Shown here: piece after piece, positions 39,578 to 50,457 of the stretch
How positions within the stretch are numbered: the first letter of the stretch is position 1
Layout of the letters: every line of letters starts with the position of its first letter
From: Nitrospirota bacterium
Lineage (GTDB): Bacteria; Nitrospirota; Thermodesulfovibrionia; Thermodesulfovibrionales; SM23-35
NCBI GenBank assembly: GCA_013388455.1
Contig: JACAFF010000017.1
Coordinates: 5,252-69,251 of the forward strand
Reading direction: 5' to 3'
DNA length: 64,000 nucleotides
Made by a program: the position numbers and the translations under genes
Notes under the pieces: generated by a model
The model's input: the letters and a program-made list of their open reading frames with translations, nothing else
Told to the model about the DNA's origin: nothing
The model's database searches: none

Positions 39578-39610
39578 CCCCAGAGACTTTAAAAGCCTCT
39601 GGGGTTTTTT
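39578..39610 (+). terminator. Terminator-like hairpin upstream of the RRM gene
   Basis: CCCCAGAG-actttaaaagc-CTCTGGGG-TTTTTT. Confidence 0.55.
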
Positions 39611-39638
39611 ATTTAGACAGAAAAAAAGGAGAATAATC

Positions 39639-39977
39639 ATGGAAAAGAAGCTTTACGTTGGAAATATCTCATTCAAGGCAACAGAAGAAGATATAAGAGA
39701 AATTTTTTCAAAAACAGGTGAAGTTGAATCAGTCAAGATAATAAAAGATATATATACAGGGAATCCAAAAGGTTTTGGGTTTGTTGAAATGGCTACTGCA
39801 GAAGATGCCCATAAAGCAGTAGAAGCACTAAATGGAACTATGTTTATGGAAAGAATACTATCTGTTGATGAAGCAAGACCTCAGAAAGCGCGGCAGAAAA
39901 GAAACTCTAAAAGTGGTTTTGAAAAAGGAAGAAGTAATTTTGGCAAAAACAGAGGCACTGGTAGGGGATGGAGATAA
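39639..39977 (+). CDS. RRM RNA-binding protein
   Basis: RNP2 LYVGNI, RNP1 KGFGFVEM, Gly/Arg tail. Confidence 0.93.
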   Translation: MEKKLYVGNISFKATEEDIREIFSKTGEVESVKIIKDIYTGNPKGFGFVEMATAEDAHKAVEALNGTMFMERILSVDEARPQKARQKRNSKSGFEKGRSNFGKNRGTGRGWR

Positions 39978-39983
39978 ACGATC

Positions 39984-40178
39984 TTGGATATAAAAGTTTA
40001 TGGTAATGATATAGAAAAAGCTCTCAAATCTCTTAAGCGTCAACTCCAGAAAGAAGGATTGTTTAAAGAGATCAAACAGAGAAGTTTTTTTGAAAAGCCT
40101 TCTGAAAAAGAGAAAAGAAAAAAAAGAGAAGCGAAAAGGAAAAGAATAAAAGCTTTGAGATTTAAAAGGTCTGTTTAA
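39984..40178 (+). CDS. rpsU: 30S ribosomal protein S21
   Basis: IEKALKSLKR..KEG..KEIK.R.FFEKPS; TTG start. Confidence 0.93.
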   Translation: MDIKVYGNDIEKALKSLKRQLQKEGLFKEIKQRSFFEKPSEKEKRKKREAKRKRIKALRFKRSV

Positions 40179-40197
40179 CTTTTAAAAGGAGAAAAAA

Positions 40198-40626
40198 ATG
40201 GGACAAGCAAAAATTGGTGATACTGTAAAAGTTCATTACACGGGCAAATTAAACGATGGAACCATATTTGATACCTCTGAAGGCCGTGAACCACTGAAAT
40301 TTACGATTGGGGAAGGTCATATTATTCCAGGATTTGAGCAGGCGATAATTGGGATGAGCATCAATGAATCAAAGACCATTAAAATCCCCTCTGATAATGC
40401 ATATGGTCCATATCGTAAAGAAATGGTAGTAGTAGTGCAACGAAATCAATTACCTTCTCATATAAAACCAGAAAAAGGTCTACATTTAAGGATTCCAGGT
40501 CCGGATGGACAGGGTTTTGTGGTAATTATAACTGACATGTCTGATTCGACTATTACGTTAGATGGAAATCATCCGCTTGCAGGGAAAGACCTTACATTTG
40601 ATATTCAGCTAATAGAAATAGCCTGA
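40198..40626 (+). CDS. slyD: FKBP-type peptidyl-prolyl isomerase (SlyD-like, no His tail)
   Basis: VHYTGKL, IPGFE, AYGP, DGNHPLAGKDLTF. Confidence 0.9.
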   Translation: MGQAKIGDTVKVHYTGKLNDGTIFDTSEGREPLKFTIGEGHIIPGFEQAIIGMSINESKTIKIPSDNAYGPYRKEMVVVVQRNQLPSHIKPEKGLHLRIPGPDGQGFVVIITDMSDSTITLDGNHPLAGKDLTFDIQLIEIA

Positions 40627-40774
40627 AATGATTATTATTTTTTAGTCTCTTCGCAGAAACTTTAGTAAGCAAGGTTTATTTTGGTCAATCTGCTCCTTCA
40701 GAAATAACAGTGAGCAAAGACATCTCTTTCATTTTTTCCTCTATGAGATTTATAATAAAAAAAATTTAAAGACG

Positions 40775-41167
40775 ATGCTAACAGGTTATAACACCAATAT
40801 CGCCTATAAAAACAAAGTTTACCATATTCAGACTGAGGATAGTGGACAGAACAATCCAGTCATAGTATCCCTACTCTATTTCCAGGGTGCAATCCTTGCA
40901 TCGAAAAAAACAAGCTATGCACATCTTTTGAATGATACCAATTTCAGAACAAAAGTCAGGGAGATGATGAAGGAACAGCATAAAACTATGATAAAAGAGC
41001 TTCTCGAGGGTAAACATACCCCTGATTTAAAAGAAAAAACTCTTGAAGAACAGCAAACAGAACAATCTCTCAAACAACCTGTTAAAAAAACTGATGAACA
41101 GGCTATTCAAAAACCTCAGAGTCTTGATGAAATACTTTTAAACTACATTATGAAAAGGGAAAAATAA
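40775..41167 (+). CDS. Hypothetical protein
   Basis: 130-aa ORF directly abutting the transketolase gene; GYNTN...YHIQTED. Confidence 0.75.
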   Translation: MLTGYNTNIAYKNKVYHIQTEDSGQNNPVIVSLLYFQGAILASKKTSYAHLLNDTNFRTKVREMMKEQHKTMIKELLEGKHTPDLKEKTLEEQQTEQSLKQPVKKTDEQAIQKPQSLDEILLNYIMKREK

Positions 41168-42001
41168 ATGAAAAAAGATATTACAGATTCAGTGATTAGC
41201 AATTTAAAAGAAAAAGCAAGGTCTCTCAGAATAGAAGTCCTGAGGATGCTTACCGATGCAGGCTCAGGTCATACCGGTGGATCATTATCAGCAGCAGATA
41301 TTGTCACCGCACTTTATTTTTATAAAATGAAACATAACCCGGAAAATCCCCAATGGAGAGAACGGGACAGGTTCATTCTTTCTAAAGGTCATGCAGCACC
41401 GATACTTTATGCCGCACTTGCAATCTCAGGATATTTTGACAGAGCTTTACTTAAAACTTTGCGAAAACTTGGCAGTCCGTTGCAAGGACATCCATGTTCC
41501 AAGATGCTGGCTGGAATAGAAATCTCAACAGGTTCATTGGGACAGGGACTTTCAATTTCAAATGGTATTGCATTAGGTCTAAAGCTCGATGGGTTGACCT
41601 CACGCGTATACTGTCTTCTCGGAGATGGTGAGATTCAAGAGGGTCAAGTGTGGGAAGCTGCCATGACATCTTCACATTACAAACTTGATAATCTCTGCGC
41701 AATAATTGATAATAATGGGCTTCAAATAGATGGGCACTGTTGTGACGTCATGCATATCGAGCCAATTGTAAATAAATGGAGGGCATTCGGATGGCATGTC
41801 ATTGATATAGATGGACATGACATGAAAGCTATAATTGAAGCCTTGAATCAGGCTGATAATGTTAAAAAGAAACCAACCATGATAGTTGCCAGGACAGTTA
41901 AAGGAAAGGGAGTATCAATATTTGAAGGTAAGGTTCAATACCATGGAATTGCACCAACACAAGAAGAACTCGAAATTGCAATAAAGGAGCTTGGGAGCTA
42001 A
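41168..42001 (+). CDS. Transketolase N-terminal subunit
   Basis: [30 protein letters not shown]. Confidence 0.94.
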   Translation: MKKDITDSVISNLKEKARSLRIEVLRMLTDAGSGHTGGSLSAADIVTALYFYKMKHNPENPQWRERDRFILSKGHAAPILYAALAISGYFDRALLKTLRKLGSPLQGHPCSKMLAGIEISTGSLGQGLSISNGIALGLKLDGLTSRVYCLLGDGEIQEGQVWEAAMTSSHYKLDNLCAIIDNNGLQIDGHCCDVMHIEPIVNKWRAFGWHVIDIDGHDMKAIIEALNQADNVKKKPTMIVARTVKGKGVSIFEGKVQYHGIAPTQEELEIAIKELGS

Positions 42002-42987
42002 TGGGAAAAATATTAGAGAATATAACAAACACACAAAGAAAACCAACTGCTACAAGAGATGCTTATGGAGAAGCACTTCTTGCATTAGGCAGAAAAAGAT
42101 CAGATGTTGTTGTTCTTGATGCTGACCTGTCTGGTTCTACAAAGACTGGTAAATTTGCAAAAGCATTCCCTGATAGGTTTTTTAATCTTGGAGTTGCCGA
42201 ACAAGACATGATTGGCACAGCAGGTGGGCTGGCATTGGCTGGTAAACTTCCATTTGCTTCTACATTCGCAATATTCGAAACTGGCAGGGCATGGGAACAG
42301 ATACGTCAGACAATCTGTTACTCTAACCTCAATGTCAAACTTGTTGCAACACACAGTGGTATAACAGTTGGAGAGGATGGTGCATCCCATCAGGCAATAG
42401 AAGACGTTGCACTTATGAGAGTACTTCCAAATATGACAGTTATAGTTCCTTCGGACGGCAATGAAACCATGAAAGCAATAGAAGCAATAGCGGATTATTA
42501 CGGACCTGTATATGTCCGGCTGGGCAGGCCAAAGGTTCCAAATGTCATGCCCGAGGACTATGAATTCAATATTGGCAAGGCTTATACTTTCCACATAGGG
42601 AAAGATGTGAATATCATTGCAATGGGTATCATGGTAGCAATGTCACTTGAGGCAGCAGAAATTCTGAAGGGAAAGGGAATAGATGCCGGGGTCATCAATA
42701 TGTCAACAATAAAACCCATTGACACAGAAACAATAATAAGAGCTGCAAAATCATGTAAACTTATTGTAACCGCAGAAGAGCATTCTATCATAGGAGGACT
42801 CGGTGGTGCTGTTAGTGAATTTTTATCTGAACATTATCCAATTCTTATCAAAAGAATCGGCATAAAAGACAACTTTGGATGCTCTGGTCCTTCAGACGAA
42901 TTATTGAAATTATACGGACTTACTCCTGAGCATATTATAAAAACAGTACTAAATTTTCTTAAAGAAAATAAAAAAGCAGGCAAATGA
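42001..42987 (+). CDS. Transketolase C-terminal subunit
   Basis: [31 protein letters not shown]. Confidence 0.94.
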   Translation: MGKILENITNTQRKPTATRDAYGEALLALGRKRSDVVVLDADLSGSTKTGKFAKAFPDRFFNLGVAEQDMIGTAGGLALAGKLPFASTFAIFETGRAWEQIRQTICYSNLNVKLVATHSGITVGEDGASHQAIEDVALMRVLPNMTVIVPSDGNETMKAIEAIADYYGPVYVRLGRPKVPNVMPEDYEFNIGKAYTFHIGKDVNIIAMGIMVAMSLEAAEILKGKGIDAGVINMSTIKPIDTETIIRAAKSCKLIVTAEEHSIIGGLGGAVSEFLSEHYPILIKRIGIKDNFGCSGPSDELLKLYGLTPEHIIKTVLNFLKENKKAGK

Positions 42988-43019
42988 ATTTCACATCTTA
43001 AAAATTTCGATTTCAAAGA

Positions 43020-43682
43020 ATGATAAAATTCAATCAAGTTTCAAAACATTACGATACACATACAGCTTTAAGAAAGATAACTTTTTCCATTTCAAAAGGC
43101 GAGATGGTTTTTGTTACCGGGCCAAGCGGTTCTGGAAAAACCACACTTCTTAAACTTATCTATCTTGCAGAAAAACCTGATGAGGGAAATATTTCTGTTG
43201 GTGAATGGGAACTTAATAAACTCAAAGACTCAAGCATCCCTATATTGAGAAGAAATATCGGCGTAATTTTTCAGGACTTCAGACTTCTTTATAATAAGAC
43301 TGTATTTGATAATGTTGCTATCTCTCTTCGGATAAGAGGAGAGGATGATAGGGATTTTAAGGCCAGTGTATTTGAGGCACTAAAATTAGTAGGTCTCAGA
43401 CATAAGGCTGACTATTACCCAGGATATCTATCCGGAGGGGAACAGCAGCGTGTCTCAATAGCAAGAGCTATTGTCTCAGAACCAACTATACTCCTTGCTG
43501 ATGAGCCCACAGGAAATGTTGACCCAGATACTTCTGCAGGAATAATAAGGACTTTTAAAGATATTAATGCTAAAGGAACAACTATTATAATTGCAACACA
43601 TAATAGAGAACTTTTCAGAAATACTGGAAGAAGGGTGCTAAGGCTTGACTTTGGAAATCTCGTCGGCGAGGAAAAGGGTTAA
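43020..43682 (+). CDS. ftsE: Cell division ATP-binding protein FtsE
   Basis: GPSGSGKTT, FQDFRLL, LSGGEQQR, ADEPTGN; precedes ftsX. Confidence 0.92.
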   Translation: MIKFNQVSKHYDTHTALRKITFSISKGEMVFVTGPSGSGKTTLLKLIYLAEKPDEGNISVGEWELNKLKDSSIPILRRNIGVIFQDFRLLYNKTVFDNVAISLRIRGEDDRDFKASVFEALKLVGLRHKADYYPGYLSGGEQQRVSIARAIVSEPTILLADEPTGNVDPDTSAGIIRTFKDINAKGTTIIIATHNRELFRNTGRRVLRLDFGNLVGEEKG

Positions 43683-44558
43683 ATGAGACTTCCATATGCA
43701 TTCAGACTCGCTTTTCAAAGCATTCTTCATGAGAAATGGATCAATCTTCTCTCTATATTTACTATAGCAACAGGTCTCCTTTTTACAGCGATCACAATGA
43801 TTTCTATTTATAATATCCATTTGCTTACACAGAAACTTCCTGATAAATTTTCGATTATGGCATATTTGAAAGACAATATTTCTCAGAATGAGATTGATAA
43901 TATAATCAACACAGCAAGAAAAAATAGTATTGTTGATAAAGTAATCCATATACCAAAAGAACAAGCCCTTAAAGAGCTTAAGAATACCTTAAAAAATACA
44001 GATTACATACTTGAAGGTCTTGGAGGCAATCCACTTCCTGATACCATAGAGATAAAACTTAAACGAGAATCTGTATCACCTGAGAATGTAAGAAATTTAT
44101 CTATTAGTTTGAAAGATATATACGGCATAGATGAAGTAGAATACGGCGAACAGTTTTTGTCCTCCATATACTCCATCAATATGGGCATTCAGACAATTGG
44201 AATTGTTTTCATAATAATCATGTCTACTGGTATGATTTTCGTCTGTTATAGTACTGTTAAGATACTATTTTACAGAAAAAATATTGAGATAGAAACTTAT
44301 AAACTATTAGGTGCTACAAAAGGGTTCATACGTGCGCCTTTTCTGATAGAGGGTGCAGTAATTGGGTTAGGCAGTGGTATTATAAGTCTTATTGAGATTT
44401 TTCTAATATATTATCTGTTTATTCTAAAATTCAGCCTTACAATGCCTTTATTTAAAGCTTTTATCTTCCCTGTAAATTTTTGCTTAATCCTTCCACTCAC
44501 AGGTCTATTCATCGGGATAACTGGCGCAATTATAGCTATCGGGAGGATACGATATTAA
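43683..44558 (+). CDS. ftsX: Cell division permease FtsX
   Basis: GGNPLPD, KLLGATKGFIRAPFLIEG. Confidence 0.9.
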   Translation: MRLPYAFRLAFQSILHEKWINLLSIFTIATGLLFTAITMISIYNIHLLTQKLPDKFSIMAYLKDNISQNEIDNIINTARKNSIVDKVIHIPKEQALKELKNTLKNTDYILEGLGGNPLPDTIEIKLKRESVSPENVRNLSISLKDIYGIDEVEYGEQFLSSIYSINMGIQTIGIVFIIIMSTGMIFVCYSTVKILFYRKNIEIETYKLLGATKGFIRAPFLIEGAVIGLGSGIISLIEIFLIYYLFILKFSLTMPLFKAFIFPVNFCLILPLTGLFIGITGAIIAIGRIRY

Positions 44559-44564
44559 AAGTTA

Positions 44565-45764
44565 ATGATGTTAAAAAATCCAAGAGAAGAATATCTTATT
44601 AGAAAGAGAAATCTGATTGTTTCAGCTTTCAACTTAATATTAATTTTATTCACTCTTTTCTTTTTACATTGTCCTTTGCTGTTTGCTGAAACACCGGAGG
44701 CTGAATACAAAAAAATCCAAAAAGAAATAAAGACACATGAACAGAAGCTTAAAGAAGTAAAAAAGCGTGAATTCTCTGTTTTATCTGAAATTGAAAATAC
44801 AAATAAACAATTGAAAAAAATTGACTCTGATCTAAAAAAATACAGGAATAAAATCATACAAACTAATAGCAAAATATCGGAAATTGAATTTGAAATATCT
44901 CAGCACAAAAGCAATATTGAAAGAAACAGCAAGTGGATAAAAAGAAAATTGAGAGCCATTCATAAATATGGATATTACTCAGATATTATGATGTTGTTTA
45001 TGAATTCAACAGACATTTCGCAAATAATCAGAAATGGAAAATACTTACAGTATATTGTTAAAAAAGAACACGCCCAATTAAAACTTTACACTGAAACAGT
45101 TCAAAGCCTTAGCATGAAAGAAAAGCAATTGATGGCATTGCGAGAGGAACTTTTGAATGACACAAAAAGGGTTAAGGAGGAAGAACAATTACTTGCGCAA
45201 CGAAAAAGAAGCAAAGAAATTTTTCTCGCCTCTATAAAATCTGAGGAATCTACATATAAAAAAATGCTTAAAGAACTAAAAGATGCTTCAAACCGGCTCA
45301 TTGAGATTATACGGAAATCTGAAAAGACAGAGGATGAAGAAGGTTTCTCTACTACTAATTTTGCAAAACTTAGAGGAAAACTTCCTTGGCCAGTTGAAGG
45401 CAAGGTAGTTATACCGTATGGTTCTCAAAAAGACCCTCAATTTAATACTCCTATTTTTAGAAGTGGCACCTATATTAAAGCTGATAATGACAAAATTGCA
45501 AAAGCTGTCCATAGTGGGAAAGTAGTATTTGCTGAATGGTTTAAAGGTTATGGCCAACTCGTTATTGTCAACCATGGTAGTGGATATCACACATTATATG
45601 GCAGCCTTTCCGAGATTTTCACAAAAGTTGGAGATATAATAAAAGTTAGTCAGGCTATTGGAAGGATTGGGACTTCAGGTATAATAGATGTACCTGGCCT
45701 TTATTTTGAATTAAGATATAAAGGAAAACCCCTCGACCCGATAAGATGGTTGAAAAGTAGATAA
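44565..45764 (+). CDS. envC: EnvC-family murein hydrolase activator (coiled coil plus degenerate M23)
   Basis: Long coiled coil, LPWPVEG, GYGQLVIVNHG, LYFELR. Confidence 0.88.
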   Translation: MMLKNPREEYLIRKRNLIVSAFNLILILFTLFFLHCPLLFAETPEAEYKKIQKEIKTHEQKLKEVKKREFSVLSEIENTNKQLKKIDSDLKKYRNKIIQTNSKISEIEFEISQHKSNIERNSKWIKRKLRAIHKYGYYSDIMMLFMNSTDISQIIRNGKYLQYIVKKEHAQLKLYTETVQSLSMKEKQLMALREELLNDTKRVKEEEQLLAQRKRSKEIFLASIKSEESTYKKMLKELKDASNRLIEIIRKSEKTEDEEGFSTTNFAKLRGKLPWPVEGKVVIPYGSQKDPQFNTPIFRSGTYIKADNDKIAKAVHSGKVVFAEWFKGYGQLVIVNHGSGYHTLYGSLSEIFTKVGDIIKVSQAIGRIGTSGIIDVPGLYFELRYKGKPLDPIRWLKSR

Positions 45765-45783
45765 ATCTGGAGGAAAGAAAAAT

Positions 45784-47094
45784 ATGATTAAAAGGATTTT
45801 AGAGAAAAGAAAATTGCTAATAGTGATACTTATATTCACATTTGCAACTGCAGGTGTTTTTGCCGGAAGATGGACAATTCGAACTGTAATTGCAGAAGAT
45901 GCATATGAAGACCTGAAAATTTTTACAGAATCCCTATCTATTGTTAGAAAAAACTATGTCGAAGAGGTAAAACCAAAAGACCTTGTTTATGGCGCTATTA
46001 AGGGTATGCTTGCATCACTCGATCCACATTCTGCCTTTATGACTCCTGAACAGTATAAAGAAATGCAAATAGACACTAAAGGAGAATTTGGCGGTGTCGG
46101 TATTCAGATAGGCATAAAGGATGGAATGCTTACGGTCATTGCACCAATTGAGGATACACCTGCCTATAAAGTTGGCATAAAAGCTGGTGATAAGATTATA
46201 AAAATAGATGATGAATTTACAAAAGACATGACCCTTCAAGATGCTGTAAATAAAATGAGAGGGATCCCATCAACAACAGTTAAGATTACCATAATTCGTG
46301 AAGGATGGAAAGAAACAAGAGATTTTGTTATAACACGTGAGATTATAAAAATTGATAGTGTTAAGACAAAAATTATTGAAGATAACATTGGATATGTAAA
46401 AATAAACCAATTTCAAGAGCAGACTGCCTCTGAACTCTCTGAGGGGTTAAAAAATTTATCAAAAAATAACATTGACTCAATAATTCTTGATTTGCGCAAT
46501 AATCCAGGTGGGCTCCTCAATGCTGCAGTGGATGTCACAAGCCAATTTCTTCCAGAAGGAAAAATAATTGTATCAATAAAAGATAAAAAAGGTGAAAAGA
46601 TAGAATATCGAAGTGAGAAATCTGATATTAATATATCACTTCCCATGATAGTCCTGGTTAATCAGGGTAGTGCAAGTGCATCTGAAATAGTTGCAGGTGC
46701 TCTCAAGGACTGGAATAGGGCTGTCATTATGGGAACACAGACATTTGGAAAAGGTTCTGTACAATCAGTAATTCCTCTTGGAGATGGCTCTGCTTTGAGG
46801 CTAACAACGGCAAGATATTATACACCAAAGGGCACATCAATACAGACAACAGGCATTACACCAGATATTCTTGTAAAATTGGTGATAAATGGAGAAGAAA
46901 AAGCAGGGCATCCAGCAATCCGTGAGAAAGACCTAAAAAGACATCTTGAAAATGATGAAAAAGAACAAAAACCTTCTGAACCCGAAGAGATAATTCCAAT
47001 AGAAGTAGACGAAAATGAAGATATGCAGCTACAGAGAGCTATAGACCTTCTCAAAACATGGAAGGTCTTTAAACATTTACCCAAGGCATCATGA
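45784..47094 (+). CDS. ctpA: C-terminal processing protease (S41)
   Basis: LDPHS, PDZ, DLRNNPGGLL, SASASEI, TFGKGSVQ. Confidence 0.93.
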   Translation: MIKRILEKRKLLIVILIFTFATAGVFAGRWTIRTVIAEDAYEDLKIFTESLSIVRKNYVEEVKPKDLVYGAIKGMLASLDPHSAFMTPEQYKEMQIDTKGEFGGVGIQIGIKDGMLTVIAPIEDTPAYKVGIKAGDKIIKIDDEFTKDMTLQDAVNKMRGIPSTTVKITIIREGWKETRDFVITREIIKIDSVKTKIIEDNIGYVKINQFQEQTASELSEGLKNLSKNNIDSIILDLRNNPGGLLNAAVDVTSQFLPEGKIIVSIKDKKGEKIEYRSEKSDINISLPMIVLVNQGSASASEIVAGALKDWNRAVIMGTQTFGKGSVQSVIPLGDGSALRLTTARYYTPKGTSIQTTGITPDILVKLVINGEEKAGHPAIREKDLKRHLENDEKEQKPSEPEEIIPIEVDENEDMQLQRAIDLLKTWKVFKHLPKAS

Positions 47095-47106
47095 CCAAGA
47101 ATATTT

Positions 47107-47775
47107 ATGTCAAGGATTATTATTGATATTGAAACAGTAGGAAAAGATTTTGAATCACTCGACAGACCTATACAGGAATACCTTTTGCGATATGCTGAAT
47201 CTGAAGATGAGAAGGATGAAATAAAAGACCGCCTTTCTTTTTATCCTTTAACTGCGGAAATTGTCACAATTGGTCTATTAGATCCGGACAAAAATAAGGG
47301 ATTTGTATTTTATCAAACTAAAGGTGATCCATTGCTTCCATTTGAAGAAGATAGCGTTCAATATGAAACAGGTACAGAAAAAGAAATCCTCGAAAAATTC
47401 TGGCATCTTATACCAACTTATAATCAAATCATTACCTTTAACGGTAGAAGTTTTGATTGCCCATTTATTCTGATCCGTTCCGCTATACATAAGATAAAGC
47501 CTAATAAGGAATTAATACCAAACAGATATAGTGACTCCCATATAGACCTACTCGATCAACTCACCTTTTTTGGTGTATCTCGCCGGAAGTTCAGTCTTGA
47601 TATGTGGTGCAGGGCTTTCGGGATAAAAAGCCCCAAGGAAGATGGAATAACAGGTTATGAAATTAAGGACCTATTTAAAAAAGGCCGATTTCTTGATATC
47701 GCGAGATACTGTGTTGGAGATTTAAAAGCAACTGCTCAGCTTTTATCAATATGGGAAAATTATATAAAGTTTTAG
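47107..47775 (+). CDS. Stand-alone DEDDy 3'-5' exonuclease (PolB/RNase H-like)
   Basis: DIET, TFNGRSFD, YCVGD. Confidence 0.82.
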   Translation: MSRIIIDIETVGKDFESLDRPIQEYLLRYAESEDEKDEIKDRLSFYPLTAEIVTIGLLDPDKNKGFVFYQTKGDPLLPFEEDSVQYETGTEKEILEKFWHLIPTYNQIITFNGRSFDCPFILIRSAIHKIKPNKELIPNRYSDSHIDLLDQLTFFGVSRRKFSLDMWCRAFGIKSPKEDGITGYEIKDLFKKGRFLDIARYCVGDLKATAQLLSIWENYIKF

Positions 47776-47799
47776 TCACAGGACTATCTTTATATACTT

Positions 47800-48867
47800 T
47801 TATAGATAATCATTTACCCTTTGGTAGTCAAAATCATTGCTATCAAGAACATTATTTATGAACCTGAATATTAGCTCTCTCTGCTCTTGTGTGAGTTCAG
47901 GATAAAAAACAGGATTGGCAACAACTACTCCCCGAAATGCAAAAAAAGGTGCTAAAATTTTTGTAATATCTACGTCTTTAGATTTATCTATGTATTCATC
48001 AAAAAAAAGTGTAAGACTTTCAAGATATGAACCCCTAATATCACCATAATTTTTGATAGAAAAAAATATATAATTTATAGTTAGTGCTGTAATATCATCC
48101 GCTGGCTCACCCCATGGTCCACGACTCCTGTCAAGTAAAACAAAATCAGTACTTCTGACTCCTGATATCTGACTGCTACTCTCTTTAAACCATATATTGC
48201 CGGGATGAAAGTCTCCATGTATCTGTGATAAACGTTTATAAAGTGGCTTTAATTGATAAATATAATCAACTGATTTTTTAATTATTTCAGACATTCTCGC
48301 ATAACTCAATGTTCCTTCTGGATAGGTATCAAGCACTCCCATAAGACACTCTCCATGTCCGATTGTATCTCTTAATTTCCTCCAATATAATGTTTTTGAA
48401 TCTTTTCTAACACTATGGATTTCTGCAAGATACGAAGTCATAATTTCTATCTTTTTAATATCATAAGCATCAATATGATTCTTTCTTGAAAATTCATTCA
48501 GGTCATAAAAATAATTCATACCTTCTGCTTTTTCCATTAGAAGATAATATTCTTTTCCACCTCCAATTGATTTGATTGTTCCATCGTGCATTTCAGAGAG
48601 AACATCAATCGCCCTAACATGTTTTGGCAGGTTCTTATATTCATCAAGGTCGAGCAGGAATACCGAGGCTCTGTCCGATGGATAATCATGTCCTAACCCT
48701 TCAGAAAGGAGCGTCTTGATAACATATGATTTAACTCCTTCCAGACTCTCCAATTCTAAGAGAAAACCTGACCCCTGCACACCAGATCCAAGCTTTTTTA
48801 CATTGACATTAATAATGCCCTTAAAATTTTCTATCAAATATTTCCTGATTGCATCTTCATTAATCAT
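47800..48867 (-). CDS. APH/choline-kinase-like phosphotransferase
   Basis: LGSG loop, HGDFHPGNI, LLD. Confidence 0.8.
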   Translation of the reverse strand: MINEDAIRKYLIENFKGIINVNVKKLGSGVQGSGFLLELESLEGVKSYVIKTLLSEGLGHDYPSDRASVFLLDLDEYKNLPKHVRAIDVLSEMHDGTIKSIGGGKEYYLLMEKAEGMNYFYDLNEFSRKNHIDAYDIKKIEIMTSYLAEIHSVRKDSKTLYWRKLRDTIGHGECLMGVLDTYPEGTLSYARMSEIIKKSVDYIYQLKPLYKRLSQIHGDFHPGNIWFKESSSQISGVRSTDFVLLDRSRGPWGEPADDITALTINYIFFSIKNYGDIRGSYLESLTLFFDEYIDKSKDVDITKILAPFFAFRGVVVANPVFYPELTQEQRELIFRFINNVLDSNDFDYQRVNDYL

Positions 48868-48948
48868 TTGAGATTATTTTTTGGCAGATTGTTATAATAC
48901 GCAAATCGTTAACATATTCTTTATCCAGAATATTTTGACACCAATTAG

Positions 48949-49884
48949 CTACTTTAATTCTCCAAAATTTTCCTCATATCTTTTAGAGAATTCCTCAAAG
49001 GTATAGCGGTGCTCTTGTGTCCCATATTTTTCTATAGCATAAACTGCTGCAACCGTTCCCATTTTTGCAGCAGTCTGTATATCCTTACCGAGAACCATGC
49101 CTTTCAACAAACCCGCCCTGTATGCGTCGCCTGCACCTGTAGGATCAATAATATCTAAAGTTTTTATTGATGGAATTTCTATTATATATTCCTTTGTGCT
49201 AATTATTGACCCCTTCTCACCCAGTGTTGTAATGATTGTTTCAGTTAATTTTAACAATTGATGCTTTTCTAACCCCGTTAATCTCTTTATTATCTCAAGT
49301 TCGTAATCATTCGAAATCAACATCATTGAACCATCTATCCACTCCAAAAGATCTCTCGAATGCCATTTTGACAGGGATTGACCTGGGTCACAGATATACC
49401 TGACATCCCTGTCTTTACATTGCCTTGCATAAACCATCATATCTTCAATATTTCCTGGCGCAATAAGCACGAGAGAATCGTCAGGATTTTCACTATCCAA
49501 TTGGTAACCTGAAGGATATTTCATTGCTCCGGGATTGAATCCTGTTATCTGATTATCTGCCTTATCTGTTGTTATATAAGCACCTGCTGTAAATTCCTCG
49601 TGTATTATCTTAATGCCATCTGTTGGTATATTATTAATTTTTAACCATTCAAAATAATTATGATAGTCTTTTCCGATCGTTGCAAGAATAAAAGGTCTTT
49701 CATTCAGTAGGCTCAGTGTGTATGCAATATTGCCTGCGGTTCCGCCAAATTTTTCAACCATACCGTTTACGTTGAAACAAACATTCAGTACATGTATTTT
49801 ATCAGGCAGGATATAATCAGAAAACTTGCCTGGAAAGTCCATGATTCTGTCATATGCAAGAGATCCAGAAATATATATATTCAC
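48949..49884 (-). CDS. PfkB-family carbohydrate/nucleoside kinase (adenosine kinase-like)
   Basis: GSLAYD, FGGTAGNIAY, DPGQ, DPTGAGDAYRAG. Confidence 0.9.
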   Translation of the reverse strand: MNIYISGSLAYDRIMDFPGKFSDYILPDKIHVLNVCFNVNGMVEKFGGTAGNIAYTLSLLNERPFILATIGKDYHNYFEWLKINNIPTDGIKIIHEEFTAGAYITTDKADNQITGFNPGAMKYPSGYQLDSENPDDSLVLIAPGNIEDMMVYARQCKDRDVRYICDPGQSLSKWHSRDLLEWIDGSMMLISNDYELEIIKRLTGLEKHQLLKLTETIITTLGEKGSIISTKEYIIEIPSIKTLDIIDPTGAGDAYRAGLLKGMVLGKDIQTAAKMGTVAAVYAIEKYGTQEHRYTFEEFSKRYEENFGELK

Positions 49885-49905
49885 ACAATAAACCGATTTC
49901 TTAAT

Positions 49906-50457
49906 TTATCTTTGTAAAGTTCTAAGTTCATCCAGAAGAGTGTCTCTGTTTTTTAACAGTTCGGACTTTTTCTGCTGAATGTTAGATAATTCTTTTTGCA
50001 ATGGCTCTATTTCATTTTCTAATTGTCTTAGTTGAAAGGTGTTATAAACCTTTTTACTTGATTTCTGATTTATTTCTGTAACAAGTCTTGACTCTTTCTC
50101 CTCAAGTGACCTAATTTCAGAGAGAATAGAATCCAGATCCTTCTGCAATGCATTTCGTCTAATATCTTTCTCATCAGAAGGAGCCGGCATATTGTTCGAA
50201 CGTAGCGTCTCCTGTGTCTCTTTTGTTTCACTTCTTATGAAGTCTTTCATGGGTTCTTCGCTCTCTTCTATTTTTTCAATATCCTTCTTGTATAAAGTCA
50301 TTGAGCCTGTGCTGAAATATATCGAAATTTCTTCCTGTCCCTCAGTATAAGAAATAACATCTGGAATCACAGAACCGTTTTTTAAATAAATTTTATAGGC
50401 AGCTTCGGAATAACCTGGCATCAAAAAAATCAAAAGCAATAAAATTATCTGAATCAT
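49906..50457 (-). CDS. Secreted hypothetical protein with coiled coil
   Basis: Signal peptide, IYLKNGSVI N-domain, long heptad-rich C-terminus. Confidence 0.72.
   Translation of the reverse strand: MIQIILLLLIFLMPGYSEAAYKIYLKNGSVIPDVISYTEGQEEISIYFSTGSMTLYKKDIEKIEESEEPMKDFIRSETKETQETLRSNNMPAPSDEKDIRRNALQKDLDSILSEIRSLEEKESRLVTEINQKSSKKVYNTFQLRQLENEIEPLQKELSNIQQKKSELLKNRDTLLDELRTLQR

Noticed and set aside
40640..40730. Possible sRNA sharing AAGCAAGGTTT with the csp leader
   Set aside because: An 11-nt match with no convincing structure; likely chance.
47107..48867. Exonuclease plus kinase as a defence or toxin system
   Set aside because: Convergent orientation, housekeeping context and no supporting partner genes.
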